From: Octopus sinensis
Taxonomy: Eukaryota
Direction of reading: 5' to 3'
Assembly: GCF_006345805.1 (NCBI RefSeq)
Contig: NC_042997.1
Span: 212,598,001 to 212,662,000 of the forward strand
Length of the DNA stretch: 64,000 nucleotides
Part shown: in pieces, positions 1 to 12,113 of the stretch
How the letters are laid out: every line of letters starts with the position of its first letter
How positions within the stretch are numbered: position 1 is the first letter of the stretch
Notes under the pieces: model-generated
What the model was told of the DNA's origin: nothing
Database searches by the model: none
Seen by the model: the letters and a program-made list of their open reading frames with translations, nothing else
Made by a program: the position numbers and the translations under genes

Positions 1-315
1 ACTTATCCTCACAACTATAAGCCCAAGAACTAAAAGACACTTATCCTCAAAACTATAAGCCCAAGAACTAAAAAGACACTTTTCCTCACAACTATAAGCC
101 CAAGAACTAAAAAGACACTTATCCTCAAAACTATAAGCCCAAGAACTAAAAAGACACTTATCCTCAAAACTATAAGCCCAAGAACTAAAAAGACACTCAT
201 CCTCACAACTATAGGCAGAATGACTAAAAAAACTTAACCTCAAAAATATAGTCACAAAAACTAGAAAACACTTATCCTCACAACTATAGGCACATGGACT
301 AAAAATCACTTATCC
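1..315. repeat. 38-bp tandem repeat (minisatellite)
   Basis: Unit acttatcctcacaactataagcccaagaactaaaagac starts at 1, 39, 77, 115, 153 and 191, then degenerates to about 315. It runs off the window start. Confidence 0.95.
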
Positions 316-321
316 TAACAA

Positions 322-1140
322 ATCATCATCATTTAATGTTTGTTGTCCATGCTGGCCTGGGTTGAAAGGCTTGACATGGAGCTGGGCAGCCAGGGAGCTG
401 TCCAGCCACCAATTGTCTGCTATGGCCTGATTTCTAAGGCTGGATGTCCTTCCAAATGTCAACCACTGCATTTACACAACACTGGCATTGAGTGCATTTT
501 ATGTGACACCAGCAAAGGACAAGCCTGCATGTATGGATGACAGCAGTTTTACTTAGCTTGACACATCTTCTCAAGTACAGCAAATCCCCACATCCCCTGT
601 TCCCTTGTGATTTCCTCAGTGAGGCCCAGTTCTGAAGATCCTTTCTCACCACTTTGTCCCCCTGGGTCTACTCCTTCCACAGGTTCCCCTCACGATTACA
701 GCTTGGTACTTCTTTATGCAGCTGTCCTCATCCATACACATCACATCATCATACCAGCACAGACCTCCCTCTTGCCCACAACATCCGATGCCTCTTACAA
801 ACAGTTTTCCTCTTAAAATCATTCACACTCTCTCGTGTATGCACACTGACATTACCCATCCAGCAGAGCATGTTAGCTTCATCTCTTTCAAACCTTCACA
901 GGTCCTCCATAGTCAAAGCCCATGTTTCTCTGCCATGTAACATAGCTGGATGTACACAGGCAGCATACAATCTGCCTTTCACTTCGAGGGAGAAGCCATT
1001 AGTTACCAACAAAGGTAGAAACTCTCTCTGAACTTTGCCAGCCTCTTGAATATCCTTCCTTCTACTAACAGGGGGTGAAAATTGCTTATGATAGCATGAA
1101 ATTGTAACACTATCAATAACTTCTTTGTCATGATTAGCTC
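322..1140 (-). mobile_element. 5'-truncated RTE LINE (RT C-terminus remnant plus 3' UTR and GAT tail)
   Basis: ORF 896-1159 reads REFLPLLVTNGFSLEVKGRLYAACVHPAMLHGRETW, typical of the RTE RT C-terminus. The 3' UTR and (GAT)n tail match the other copies in the window. Confidence 0.85.
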
Positions 1141-1285
1141 CAGTGAAACCAATCGACAATGTAAATATTACATTTCATAAAAAAAAATATATTTTGCCCA
1201 ACATAAAATTTCTCTGCATTTTCCTTTTTATATTTTTCACTACAGTTCACCGCTTGGAAAAACTTTTTTTTACTCAAACTATTTC

Positions 1286-1290
<5 letters not shown>

Positions 1291-1354
<64 letters not shown>

Positions 1355-1384
1355 GTATATACACACACACACACACATACACAC
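1291..1384. repeat. compound (TA)n/(TATG)n/(CA)n microsatellite
   Basis: Read directly from the sequence. Confidence 0.95.
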
Positions 1385-1921
1385 ACCCTATTCACATAGC
1401 AAATACTGGTGTAATTTCCGATCAACGTTTTCTGTTAAACCAGAACATTTATCCATTTTTAGATTTTAAAAAAAAATTCTAAAAAAAAAAAAATCAAAAA
1501 AGAATCATACTCTTGAACAATTTTGACCTTAATATCCACCCATGACTTCCACTCTGACTTTCACTCATACACACCAATCAATCAGTTTGATGTTCTCCCA
1601 ATAGATCTATACCATATGCCACCAATCAACCAGCTTCCAGTGAACAATCCCTTCGTGATCTTTAACTGTTTCTACTTTGGAAATTGTTTTAAAACTTTAT
1701 TTCTGTTTTATTTCCATGGATTTCCTTCCTCTCGTTCTTTCGATTCTTCTTCTTCTCATCACTGTCGTTGTCATCATCATTATCATCATTTCTTTTGTAT
1801 AGTCCAAATTGATCAATTTGTCTGATTGATTGACAAAATGATTGATTAACTGTTCATCTATTCAGACATATTAAATTGATTGCAAATCTATTTTTTCATC
1901 TGTTCATTTATCAAATGTTGA

Positions 1922-1952
<31 letters not shown>

Positions 1953-2484
1953 TAGCTTTCATCTTTATTCATTTCAGTTTTATTGCTGTGAAAGAAAAAA
2001 TAACCAAATACAAACCTTGAGCATCTTGACAGTGTTTCAGTGGGAGCCTGAATACAATGATTGATACATGCAGTCATCCTTACCACCACCTCCATCATCA
2101 TCTTGAATGTCATCATCATAATCATCATCTTTCTCCTCCACTTCATCACCATTTTCACATCCACCTTTCCATTCTGGCATTGGTCACTTTCAAGCACATT
2201 TTCACAGACAGACGTTCTTTCTGTCATCAACCCTCGTCTCTTCTCAAGTCAGGTCTTATGGCCAGACATGTTTTCATGAGCAACTGGTTATGAAGGCCAC
2301 TGCTTGTATGACAGTGGCACTTGTTTACGACTATTACATCATGCTATGGCAACAAGACACAAATACACCCACTCAAACACATACATGCACACAGACACTC
2401 ACACCTTGTTCAAATACTTAAGCAACAACAATTGAAGTATATCCAAAAATGTTTGAATATATCAACTAATAGCAGAATTAGTAT

Positions 2485-2660
2485 ATCATCATCATCATCA
2501 TTTAGCGTCCGCTTTCCATGCTAGCATGGGTTGGACGGTTCAACTGGGGTCTGTGAAGCCAGAAGGCTGCATCAGGCCCAGTCTGATCTGGCAGTGTTTC
2601 TACGGCTGGATGCCCTTCCTAACGCCAACCACTCCATGAGTGTAGTGGGTTCTTTTTACG
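2485..2660 (-). mobile_element. RTE LINE 3' end fragment
   Basis: (cat)n followed by ttagcgtccgctttccatgctagcatgggttggacgg...gctggatgcccttcctaacgccaacc, identical in layout to the other copies. Confidence 0.85.
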
Positions 2661-4390
2661 AGAGAAATACATCACCTCACAGCCACCCCATATAATATGC
2701 TATGGAGTTTAGTGTAGAATGAAGACATCAGTAAGCAAGCGCCATCATGAAGGAAATCCAGGTGACAAGTTAAGAAAGAGCCAACCATTGGATATGGCTG
2801 GAAAGGAATAACGAAACCTGGCTGGAGATGTGATGATCCTGAAATGGATTTGACCTTGAATATTTGTCAGTTGAAAGAGGAGGTAGGGTTTCACATAAAT
2901 GAAACAGGTGCTGGTGCACTGTTAAAGCCATTGAAAAGGTGGCCCCAAAATGGGGTGCACTCCTTCCTGATGAACCCTGAAACCTTGTGATATCCAGTGT
3001 GTGGAGTTTTCAACTGAGTGCACTTGTATCATCAAGTTGTTTCCAAGTCTATCACAAGAGACTTCTTCCAGCAAATGTAAATTCTCCGGGTTTAACAAGA
3101 AGGGCAGATTCAGATTAGACAACAGGGAACAATCAAAAGTTATAAAACATCATAAAAAAAAGGGCACAAATGAAGAACAGCAATGCCTCAGCTGACGCAA
3201 GTGAATATATTGCTGCCACCCATCATGGTGGCCACCACCTTAAGCTCCAGCATGGGGAAGAAATCTATGTCCTCACTTGACTTATCAGAGACAGCAGACA
3301 AATCTTCCTCAAAGTGATTTTTAAAAATGAGACTATTTTCTAGGTACACATCTAGAAAAAGAAAATGATCAAGGCTGGATCAGCTTTGATCAGGGGTCTG
3401 CTCAACCACAGCTGATCTGGGGTTACACATGTTTACATTCAATAATGCAATCAAAAGCAAGATTCTGGTGTCAACCATGTTGTCTGCCTCCTCATCTAAG
3501 GAGAGTTATATTGTATCAAGAGTATTGCTTTCGTAGTTAATCCAACGACATAAATGTGAACCAATGAGAAAGCTTCTACTCACTCATTCAACATCCCAAA
3601 AATAGCAGTCAAATATCCCCCTCAAATTGATTGCTACAGTCTTCAAAATGAAATTAAGTGAACAATGTAGTAAGAGAAATACAAAAAAAAAAGAAAAAAA
3701 CACAGACAGGATGGTCAGAGATGGAACATCTTTCCTTCTATATTTCAGCAGAGCAGTCTACGGGTTAAACAACACATATTTATTATCGATAGAGTTAGAT
3801 GAAATTTTCAGAACTTACTGATACAAGTTTGTGTGCCACATTGGTTTCAAGCATTGTGATAATTAATGATAATTAATTTGGAGTTATTGACTAATCTCCA
3901 GCTTTATTGATTAGTTTCTAATAACGGAATAAACTAGATTAATCTTTTTTTGTTGATTTGTAATAAGGTTAAACATTTACGGCTGGTCAAGAGGAACAGC
4001 AACCAAGTCAATAGGACTGGTTGATGGGGGACTTCTGGCCATATGGAGCACCCAGTTATTGATAGTCACAGGAGGATCATGGAGGCTGTAGATTAAACCT
4101 AGTGGCTATCACAAATCTTGGAAGATCTGTAGAGAAGGACATAAGTAACTCTTCTTTCAGATTAAATCTTAAGAAAAAACATCAAATGTTTCATAATTAT
4201 ATTGATGAGATGTTTATTATAACAATATTGATTTTTACGATTGGTACAAAACAAAAGAATGGACGAGAGGAAAGATAACGAGCCATTTAGCTCATTAGCC
4301 AACACCTAGGGAAGGAAAAGTAAAGCAGAATTGAAACTCACAAAGTGTAAAACTATATAATGTCTGTTATTTAACATTTCCATTATTTAC

Positions 4391-6125
4391 ATCATCATCA
4401 TTTAACGTCCACTTTCCATGCTGGCATGAGTTGGATGGTTTGACTGAGGACTGGAAAGCCAGGACGCTGCACCAGGCCCCAATCTGAATCTGGAAAGGTT
4501 TCTACAGCTGGATACCCTTCGTAATGCCAACCACTCTAAGAGTGTAGTCAGTGCGTTTTATGTGCCACTGGCATGAGGGCCAATCAGGTGGCACTGGCAC
4601 CAACCATGCTCAAATAGTGTTTTTTACGTGCCACCTGCACAGGAGCCAGTGAGGTGGTACTGGCATCAGCCATGACAATGATTTCACTTGACTCAACAGG
4701 TCTTCTCAAGCACAGTATATTGCCCAATGATTGAAGGGTACTCTTAAATGGGCTGGTTATGCTGCACTGGCATAGGCCACATCTATAGTCTCACTTGGCT
4801 CTCCAGGTCTTCTCAAGCACAACATTTGAAGGTTGTGCTTCACCACCTCATCCCAGGTCTTCCACAGGTTTCCTCCACTCTTAGGGTGTGACACTACTTC
4901 ACACAGCTGTCCTCATCCATGCGCAACACATGACCATACCATGCACTTGTCTCGCTTGAACATCACATCTGATACTTCTTGTCTCCAACTTTTCTCTCAG
5001 GGCACTTACACTGTCAGGTATGCACACTGACATTACACATCCAGCGGAGCATACTAGCTTCATTTCTTGCAAGCCTACGCATGTCCTCAGCAATCACAGC
5101 CCATGTTTCACTGCTGTGTAGCATGGCTGTTCTCATTCATGCATCATACGGTCTACCTTTCACTCTCAGAGAGAGATGCTTTGTCACCAGCAAAGGTAGG
5201 ATCTCTCTGAACTTTGCCCAGGCTATTCTTATTCTAGCAGCCATGCTCTCAGAGCATCTGTCCCCACTACTGACTTGGTCACTTAGGTAATGGAAGTTAT
5301 CAACTACTACTAGTTTTTCCCCCTGGCATGTGACAGAAGCTGTTTTCTGCACATTTTCATTGTTTATTGCTCCTGAACATTTGCCAGACACAGAAACTAT
5401 CTTCCCAGTTAACCTTCCTTTGATATTGATGCACCTCTTATGTGTCCATACATTGCACCGGGTACATCTTATAGAATTTCTGCCTATGCTTTTTCTACAG
5501 ATTGAGCAGGGCCATCAACCTGAAGGGATTTGTGGCTTGTCTGCCTTTCTACTTACTAAGACCTCTGTTTTTGCTAAATTCTTTCCAAGGCCCTTCGATT
5601 CTAGACTTTACTTCCACACCTGAAACTTCTCTAGTTCTGATAGTAACTCAGCTATAAGAGCAAGGTCATCAGCATAGAGGATCTCCCAGGGGCATCCTAT
5701 TTTGAATTCCTCTGTTATTGTCTGGAGGACTATGATGAATAAGATGGAGCTAGGGACTTGGTCCTTGGTGGACTCCTAACCCTACCAAGAATTCTTCACT
5801 ATACTTGTTGCCAACCCTCACCTTACTGACAGCATCCCTGTACATGACTTGTACAACTCTCACTAACCACTTGTCTACCTCTAGTTTCTGCATTCACCAC
5901 CAGATAAGTGACCAAGGGACCCTGTCAAAGGCTTTCTCCATGTCAACAAAAGCCAGGTACAGAGGTTTATCTTTAGTTAGCTATTTCTCCTGCAGCTGTC
6001 TTACCAGAAATATAGCATCAGTGGTGCTTCTCCCTGGCACAAACCCAAACTGCTTCCCATCTAAACTAACTCTCTCCCTAATTAGTTGGGCTATGACCCT
6101 CTCCGTGACCTTCATTACTTGATCC
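4391..6125 (-). mobile_element. RTE LINE, about 1.7 kb, with degenerate RT core
   Basis: Minus-strand translation gives QFGFVPGRSTTDAIFLVRQLQEKY...FVDMEKAFDRVP, then PWEILYADDLAL (about 5660-5695) and YLSDQVSSG...ARIRIAWAKFREILPLL. It has stops and frameshifts and ends in the family 3' UTR and GAT tail. Confidence 0.92.
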
Positions 6126-6937
6126 AACAATTTGATGCATTTATCATTTTCATTTCAATAATAACAAAGTTTCCAGTCCTTATTCTCTGGAATGTAATAA
6201 ACAAAATATTTCTCAACTAAGTAAATTTTTCATTCTTTGATTTGAAAGAATATCTAAAAGTCAGAAGAATTTAGATTTGAAAATCAGCCATCCTGTTTCT
6301 AGTGCGTTTTCTCTGCTATCATTCCATCTTCTCTCCATTCTTTTCCATCTCCTGTTTCCATTCTTCAGTGTTCATACTGTCTTAATTAAATCTTTCCTCT
6401 CTTCACACAGAGATTGTGTAAAGACTCATGGGAATGTCTAATTGGTCCTAATTGAACTGATTGACCAACTGAAACTAAATCGGTTAAAATATATTTTATT
6501 GCTTGTAAAATATCAGTGAAAGATTTTCATCCATTTGACAGACATTCGCATCTTATGGTCGTCTCTCACAGAACTTTGACCTTGCAAAAATAATCAAAGC
6601 CATTCTTTTGTTTAAAAATGAATGACAACTCCTGTTTTTCTGTTTCTCTAAAGGTAACTTTATCTTCACTTTCAACAGGAGTGCTCCCTTAAGTTAATTT
6701 GGAACATTGCATTTCAACAACATTATTTCAGCAAATTAAAATAATTAAATAAGGTGGTCTTCAGTCAATTTCACAGTATAGGTTCACCTCCTAGTGGTAT
6801 TAATTAAAATTTCCTTTACAATATTAATCTTCTTGAGATAAGTATCTAAACTTGAAGGTCTTTTTATAGAATTATGGTCTTCTGTTTAAGGAAGTGAAGC
6901 TGTAATTCATCCTTTACTGATATAGTGAAATAAATGA

Positions 6938-7335
6938 TTAGTGACCGAGACCTTTGGAGATATGCTGTGCTTGAGGAGACCTGACAAGCCAAGTGAGACC
7001 ATGACCCATGGCCAATGCCAGTGGGCATAACTAGCCCACATATGAATAACCCTCATTCATTGGACAATAAAGTTTGCTTGTGAAGACCTATTGAGGCAAG
7101 TGAAATCAAAATTGCTGATATGGCCGATGAGAGTACCGAGTGATTGGCACTCATGCCAGTGGAACGTAAAAGCACCCACTAAACTCTTGGAGTGGTTGGC
7201 ATTAGGAAGGGCATCCAGCTGTAGAAACATTGCCAGATCAGGATTGAGCCTGGTGCAGCCTCTGGCTCACCAGTCTTCAGTCAATCCATCCAACCCATGC
7301 CAGCATGGAAAACAGACATTAAACGATGATGAAGA
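6938..7335 (+). mobile_element. RTE LINE 3' fragment
   Basis: gaccgagacctttggagatatgctgtgcttgag...gtggttggcattaggaagggcatccagctgtagaaac...cattaaacgatgatg. Confidence 0.85.
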
Positions 7336-7702
7336 ATTGTTGAAACAGAGAGGCAGTAACGTAGACATTCTAACATTTAGTCAAACTCTAAACATTTTAA
7401 AATATGTTGGAATATGCAACAGTGATATGAATATTACAAGTGATATGAATATTAAAATCAGCAAGCTAAAAATTACCAAAGATCATTTTATTTTCTCATC
7501 ACCCAAACTGATGTTTTATAGCTGGTGTTTTCATCAAATAGATTTTTCAAGAAAGGTTGTTTTTTTTTTTTTTTTTTTAATTCTACCTTTTTCAGTAGCC
7601 TGAACATTTAGTTTTATTGCTATTTTTATTCTAGAAATATTCTCAGATCAACATTTTCTCCATTTCTCCTTTGCCTGAGCACTGTATACAATAATTTCAT
7701 TA

Positions 7703-7975
7703 TCTCTTATTATAAAAGGCAGATTTTATCTGCCTCCCTTTGGGAGTTATAGAAATCTACAATATAGGATTTCTTCAATTACAATTTACCTAGCATTTTT
7801 AAGAGTAGAATGCATCGGGTCATGCCAGGTCCAGTTTTTAAAATTTAAACTCCAATTAAGCAAAATTTACAGAAAACTCACATTCTGGTGTGTATGTCAA
7901 ATGCTTTTCTTAGTCTGGTTTACAGCACACGCAAACGCACACACAGTGTGCAACGAATAAAATGAAAGTAAATAG
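7703..7975 (+). mobile_element. unclassified interspersed repeat with Helitron-like A|TC 5' end (copy 1)
   Basis: Homologous to the reverse complement of 39915-40187. Both copies start exactly at A|TCTCTTATTATAAAAGGCAG and carry the subterminal hairpin aggcaga-tttta-tctgcct. No CTAG 3' end was found. Confidence 0.55.
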
Positions 7976-8589
7976 CGACAGAGTGATTTGAGGAAGACTA
8001 AACTGAAAGTATTTAAACCACTACTCAAAAAATAAAGAAACACAGCAAACAGAAACAAATAAATACATAACGATTTACTCCTCACACAATTTCTTCAATT
8101 AGAGTTTACCTAAGATTTTTCAGAGTACTTCAGTGGGTGATGCCATAAAAAATTTCTTTCAATTTTACCACCAATTAAGACAAAATTCGAGAAAACTCAA
8201 TATTTTAAAATATCACTCCGAAAGCATTGATGTACATGTGTGCGTGCGTGAGTGTGTGTGTGTCATTCCTCACACACACGCATACACATACATATACAAC
8301 TACATACAACTACATACACATACAACTACATACAAACACGTGTGTGTTTGTTATTAGTAAAAAAGGCGCCAAATCACAACTCACTTATCATTCCAACGCA
8401 TTTGCAAAGACACATGGACGGGCAGAAAAGGTAAATTGGTTTTTATTTTACTCTGTATATATTTTATTATATGATATTATATATAGATATATGTATATAT
8501 AATTGCAGTATGAAACAGTGTTTATGTATAAACAGACGACACTTATATATAGTTATTATAGTAAGAGATTAATAAATGTATGCATCCGT

Positions 8590-8915
8590 TTAACCCTTTC
8601 GTTACCAAGCCGCCCGAATTTACCTATTCATATTTAAATGAGAATATCAGAGCAAATCTCTTTAGTACATTCGTGAAAACACGTGTTATACTTCGTAAAC
8701 ACTTCAACTACAGTTTTGTACAAAAATCGAAGTGTAATTTTAATTCCGTGAATTATGGGAGATTTTTTTCCGAAATTTGTTCCTATTGTGTTTTCAAAAT
8801 TTGTAATTCTGACAAAAAATGGATACGAATTTCATTATATCAAGCAGCGAGTCAAAATTCGAAGGATTTTCTACTGAAGACCTTCATAAATCTAACTCTA
8901 TGACTGAAAAAAAAA
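8590..8915 (+). mobile_element. partial piggyBac-like MITE
   Basis: Starts TTAA|ccctttcgttacc, like the element at 34781. The right terminus is not recognisable. Confidence 0.35.
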
Positions 8916-8920
8916 AAGCA

Positions 8921-9318
8921 TCTTTATATAAGAGTGAAGTTGTGTGGTGTCTGTCTCCTACGATTTAGATTCCTAACTACTCCCACATTTTGCGGTGCAG
9001 TTTAACCAAAAGCGGGTATCTTATAGTCGTGATTCATATCGAGCCCTTCTGGGTATTAGCGTGCGTCTACGATGAGTCTACGATTTAAAAAAAATTTACC
9101 ATCATATTTTTCCATTTTAATGCATTTTTTCCGCTTTTATATAAGGGAAGTAACTCTCTAAAAATATCTACGATGTGTCAACGATTTAAAAAAAAATTTA
9201 CCTTAATTTTTTTTCAATTTTTAATGCATTCTTTTGCTATTTTTTGGCTATAACTCTCTAAAAATGCTTATATAGTTATTTCCCTTACAACCCGAGCAAC
9301 GCCGGGCGATACTGCTAG
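8921..9318 (+). mobile_element. non-autonomous Helitron (copy 1)
   Basis: A|TC 5' end at 8921; subterminal hairpin cccgagcaacgccggg; CTAG|T 3' end at 9318; no TSD. Contains an internal tandem duplication of about 100 bp. Sister copy at 38244-38638. Confidence 0.88.
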
Positions 9319-9807
9319 TTATCTTATAAAGCTGACACCATTGTTTCACTCAGCTAACACCATCTCATGCTTGTTAGATCAGAAACCCGCCTCATATATA
9401 ATGTCTTCTTTCTGCTTCTAAAATAGGTTTAAAAATTTGGTAGCTTTTTAAAGAAACCCACCTATGAAATATTTTCCCCTCTCCTCTCTCTTCTATATCC
9501 CTTATCAATAAGCCATGATGTTCCCTGCAAATATGGCCATTTCATTTACTGCTGCACAAATGAATAGTTTTTTAGCATTTCTACAAAAATGTGACACATT
9601 CTGCTTAACAACAAAAAGTCTTTCCTCAAAATGTATTCAACAATTTAACAAGCAGAATTCATTGCAGAATAGCTTTACAAGAAATCACATGTGTGTGTGT
9701 GTGCGAAGCTAGTTGTTTCTACCACTTGGGATAAAAACTGTCCGCATCAGAGGAAAATAAATAAACACTCATGTGTGTATACTGTGCGTGCGCAAGTGTG
9801 TATATAT

Positions 9808-9935
9808 ACATATTGACCCCAAAAGGATGAAAGGCAAAGTTGACCTCGGCGGAATTTGAACCCAGAATGTAACGGCAGACGAAATACGGCTACGCATTTT
9901 GCCCGGCACGCTAACGTTTCTGCCAGTTCGCCGAC
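9808..9935 (-). mobile_element. tRNA-derived SINE, family C (truncated)
   Basis: The minus strand has an A-box-like tggcagaaacg and B box gggttcaaattcc, then ttgcctttcatccttttggggtc, which resembles the Meta-type SINE body as I recall it. Confidence 0.7.
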
Positions 9936-9939
9936 AATA

Positions 9940-9970
<31 letters not shown>

Positions 9971-10540
9971 ACACACATATATATATATACATAACACACA
10001 CATATACATAACACACATATATATATATATATACATAACACACACATATATATATACATAACACACATATATATATATACATAACACACACATATATATA
10101 TACATAACACACACATATATATATACATAACACACACATATATATATATACATAACACACACATATATATATATACATAACACACACATATATATATATA
10201 CATAACACACACATATATATATACATAACACACACATATATATATACATAACACACACATATATATATACATAACACACACATATATATATACATAACAC
10301 ACACATATATATATACATAACACACACATATATATATATACATAACACACACATATATATATATATACATAACACACACACATATACATACATAACACAC
10401 ACACATATATATACATACATAACACAAACACATATATATACATACATAACACAAACACATATATATACATACATAACACAAACACATATATATACATACA
10501 TAACACACACACATATATATACATAACACACACACATATA
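9936..10540. repeat. minisatellite built from (CA)/(TA) runs, unit about 20-24 bp (acataacacacacatatatatat)
   Basis: Read directly from the sequence. It explains the spurious 200-270 aa ORFs in the track. Confidence 0.95.
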
Positions 10541-10683
10541 TCATCATCATCATCGTTTAACGTCCGTTTTCCATGCTAGCATGGGTTGGACGGTTCAACT
10601 GGGGTCTGGTGAGCCCGAAGACTGCACCAGGCCAGTCAGATCTGGCAGTGTTTCTACAGCTGGATGCCCTTCCTAACGCCAAC
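10541..10683 (-). mobile_element. RTE LINE 3' end fragment
   Basis: (cat)n followed by cgtttaacgtccgttttccatgctagcatggg...cccttcctaacgccaac. Confidence 0.85.
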
Positions 10684-10977
10684 ATATATATATATTATAT
10701 ATATACATATATATATATATTAATTAATTAATTAATTTCACCCTTTATTATTGATAATTGTATTTCATCCCAGTAAAAAAAACTGTAGCATCTTATTTTG
10801 GCAACACGCTGGCGGAAGGGGGATGGTGACTCACTTTCATTCACCCCTTGAATTTGGTGGTACTGGTAAGGCTTACGCTCGCTCTGATACTATGAGTTGA
10901 GGTGATGTCTTCTAGTGCCTTCAAATTTAATACACAATTATTAATAATTGAGACGCAATTATTGATAATTGTAGAGT

Positions 10978-11068
10978 CCTACGCTGAGGAGGAAAATAGT
11001 CAGGTAAGACATAATTATTTAATTTTTATGCTCTGCAATGACTTAATTCCGAAACGTACGTCCGTAGG
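10978..11068 (+). ncRNA. type I hammerhead ribozyme, canonical core
   Basis: Stem I CCUACG/CGUAGG; core CUGAGGA (10984-10990); stem II GGAA/UUCC extended by AGUCA/UGACU; GAAA (11051-11054); palindromic stem III CGUACG; GUC cleavage after 11062. Confidence 0.88.
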
Positions 11069-11254
11069 TAACTTAATATAGAATGATTTTCATAATTTCT
11101 TTCTCTTTTGCCTGCGTCGTTTGCTTTTTAAGTGCTTTGGTTTTACTGGGATCTCCCTTTTAAGTAGAAAGAATAGCCAAAACTTTTTCACTGCTATTTC
11201 TAAATTCGGTGTGTGGTGAGGCAAATCGTTGCTAAACCCTTAATTACTTAGTAT

Positions 11255-11317
<63 letters not shown>

Positions 11318-11704
11318 TATATATATATAAATGAATGTATGTAACGAAGGAGTAAGTAGCGTAGTTATCCGCTTTAAACGGCTCAACAAGCAATTAGCGC
11401 TGAAATGGAGATTCAACAATAGAAAACTAAGGAGAGAAACAAATTTCAAACGTTGGGGTTTATATGCATTCAATCCATTTGAAAATATCGAAATTCTCCA
11501 CAATATACATTGATGCGTTCACGTAAAGGAGATGGGATAAGAATTTATAAGCACAAACATATGAAGATTTATAAATATATGAAAATTTACAAACACATGA
11601 AAATTCATAAATATAAATACAAAGAGGTACTTACGAAGTCCGAATGAATGAGGAGGGTTGATAAGAAAGTTGGTATGATTCCTGAGCAATCCGAAATAGG
11701 TTCC

Positions 11705-11797
11705 AAATCTTTACGGCCGTTTCGGGAAGATTAATATTGGCGAGCTTTCTCCAACCATAGCAGTTATTCATTCTTCTCTCATTAGTGTTAAGGGATT
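11705..11797 (-). ncRNA. decayed hammerhead ribozyme in the PLE pseudo-LTR
   Basis: Core CUAAUGA (G5 to A); stem II GAGAAGA/UCUUCCC with one A-C mismatch; GAAA; palindromic stem III CGGCCG; GUA site; stem I broken. Confidence 0.65.
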
Positions 11798-12113
11798 CAA
11801 AGAGTTGTTAAAATCTTGAGAGGTCTGAGAATTTTTTTTTAAAAAGCCCGAATGTTCAGTCGAACAATTCCAGGTGAAGGTACGTTATGTCGCTAGATAT
11901 TAGAGTATTTTAAGAAGGCTCCATAATATAAAGGATGGCTAGATTAGGATGATATAGGCTAATTATTTTGGGGGGAAGAATTTAAAAGTTGAAAGATATT
12001 TGTGTTTACTGGTAATTACGACGTCAGATATCTTATTAAGTAAACTATTTTTGTTGGCAAGAAGTTTGTGGATCGCCTCCTTCCTGCAGAAACGGCAATT
12101 TTTCGTGGACGTA

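Noticed and set aside
1-315. CRISPR-like appearance of a 38-bp repeat
   Set aside because: The units are head-to-tail with no unique spacers, and the context is eukaryotic.
2922-3122. 66-aa minus-strand ORF with protein-like composition
   Set aside because: No convincing splice sites or recognisable motif.
9747-10553. Long ORFs of 208-268 aa
   Set aside because: They are translations of a CA/TA minisatellite with no coding signal.
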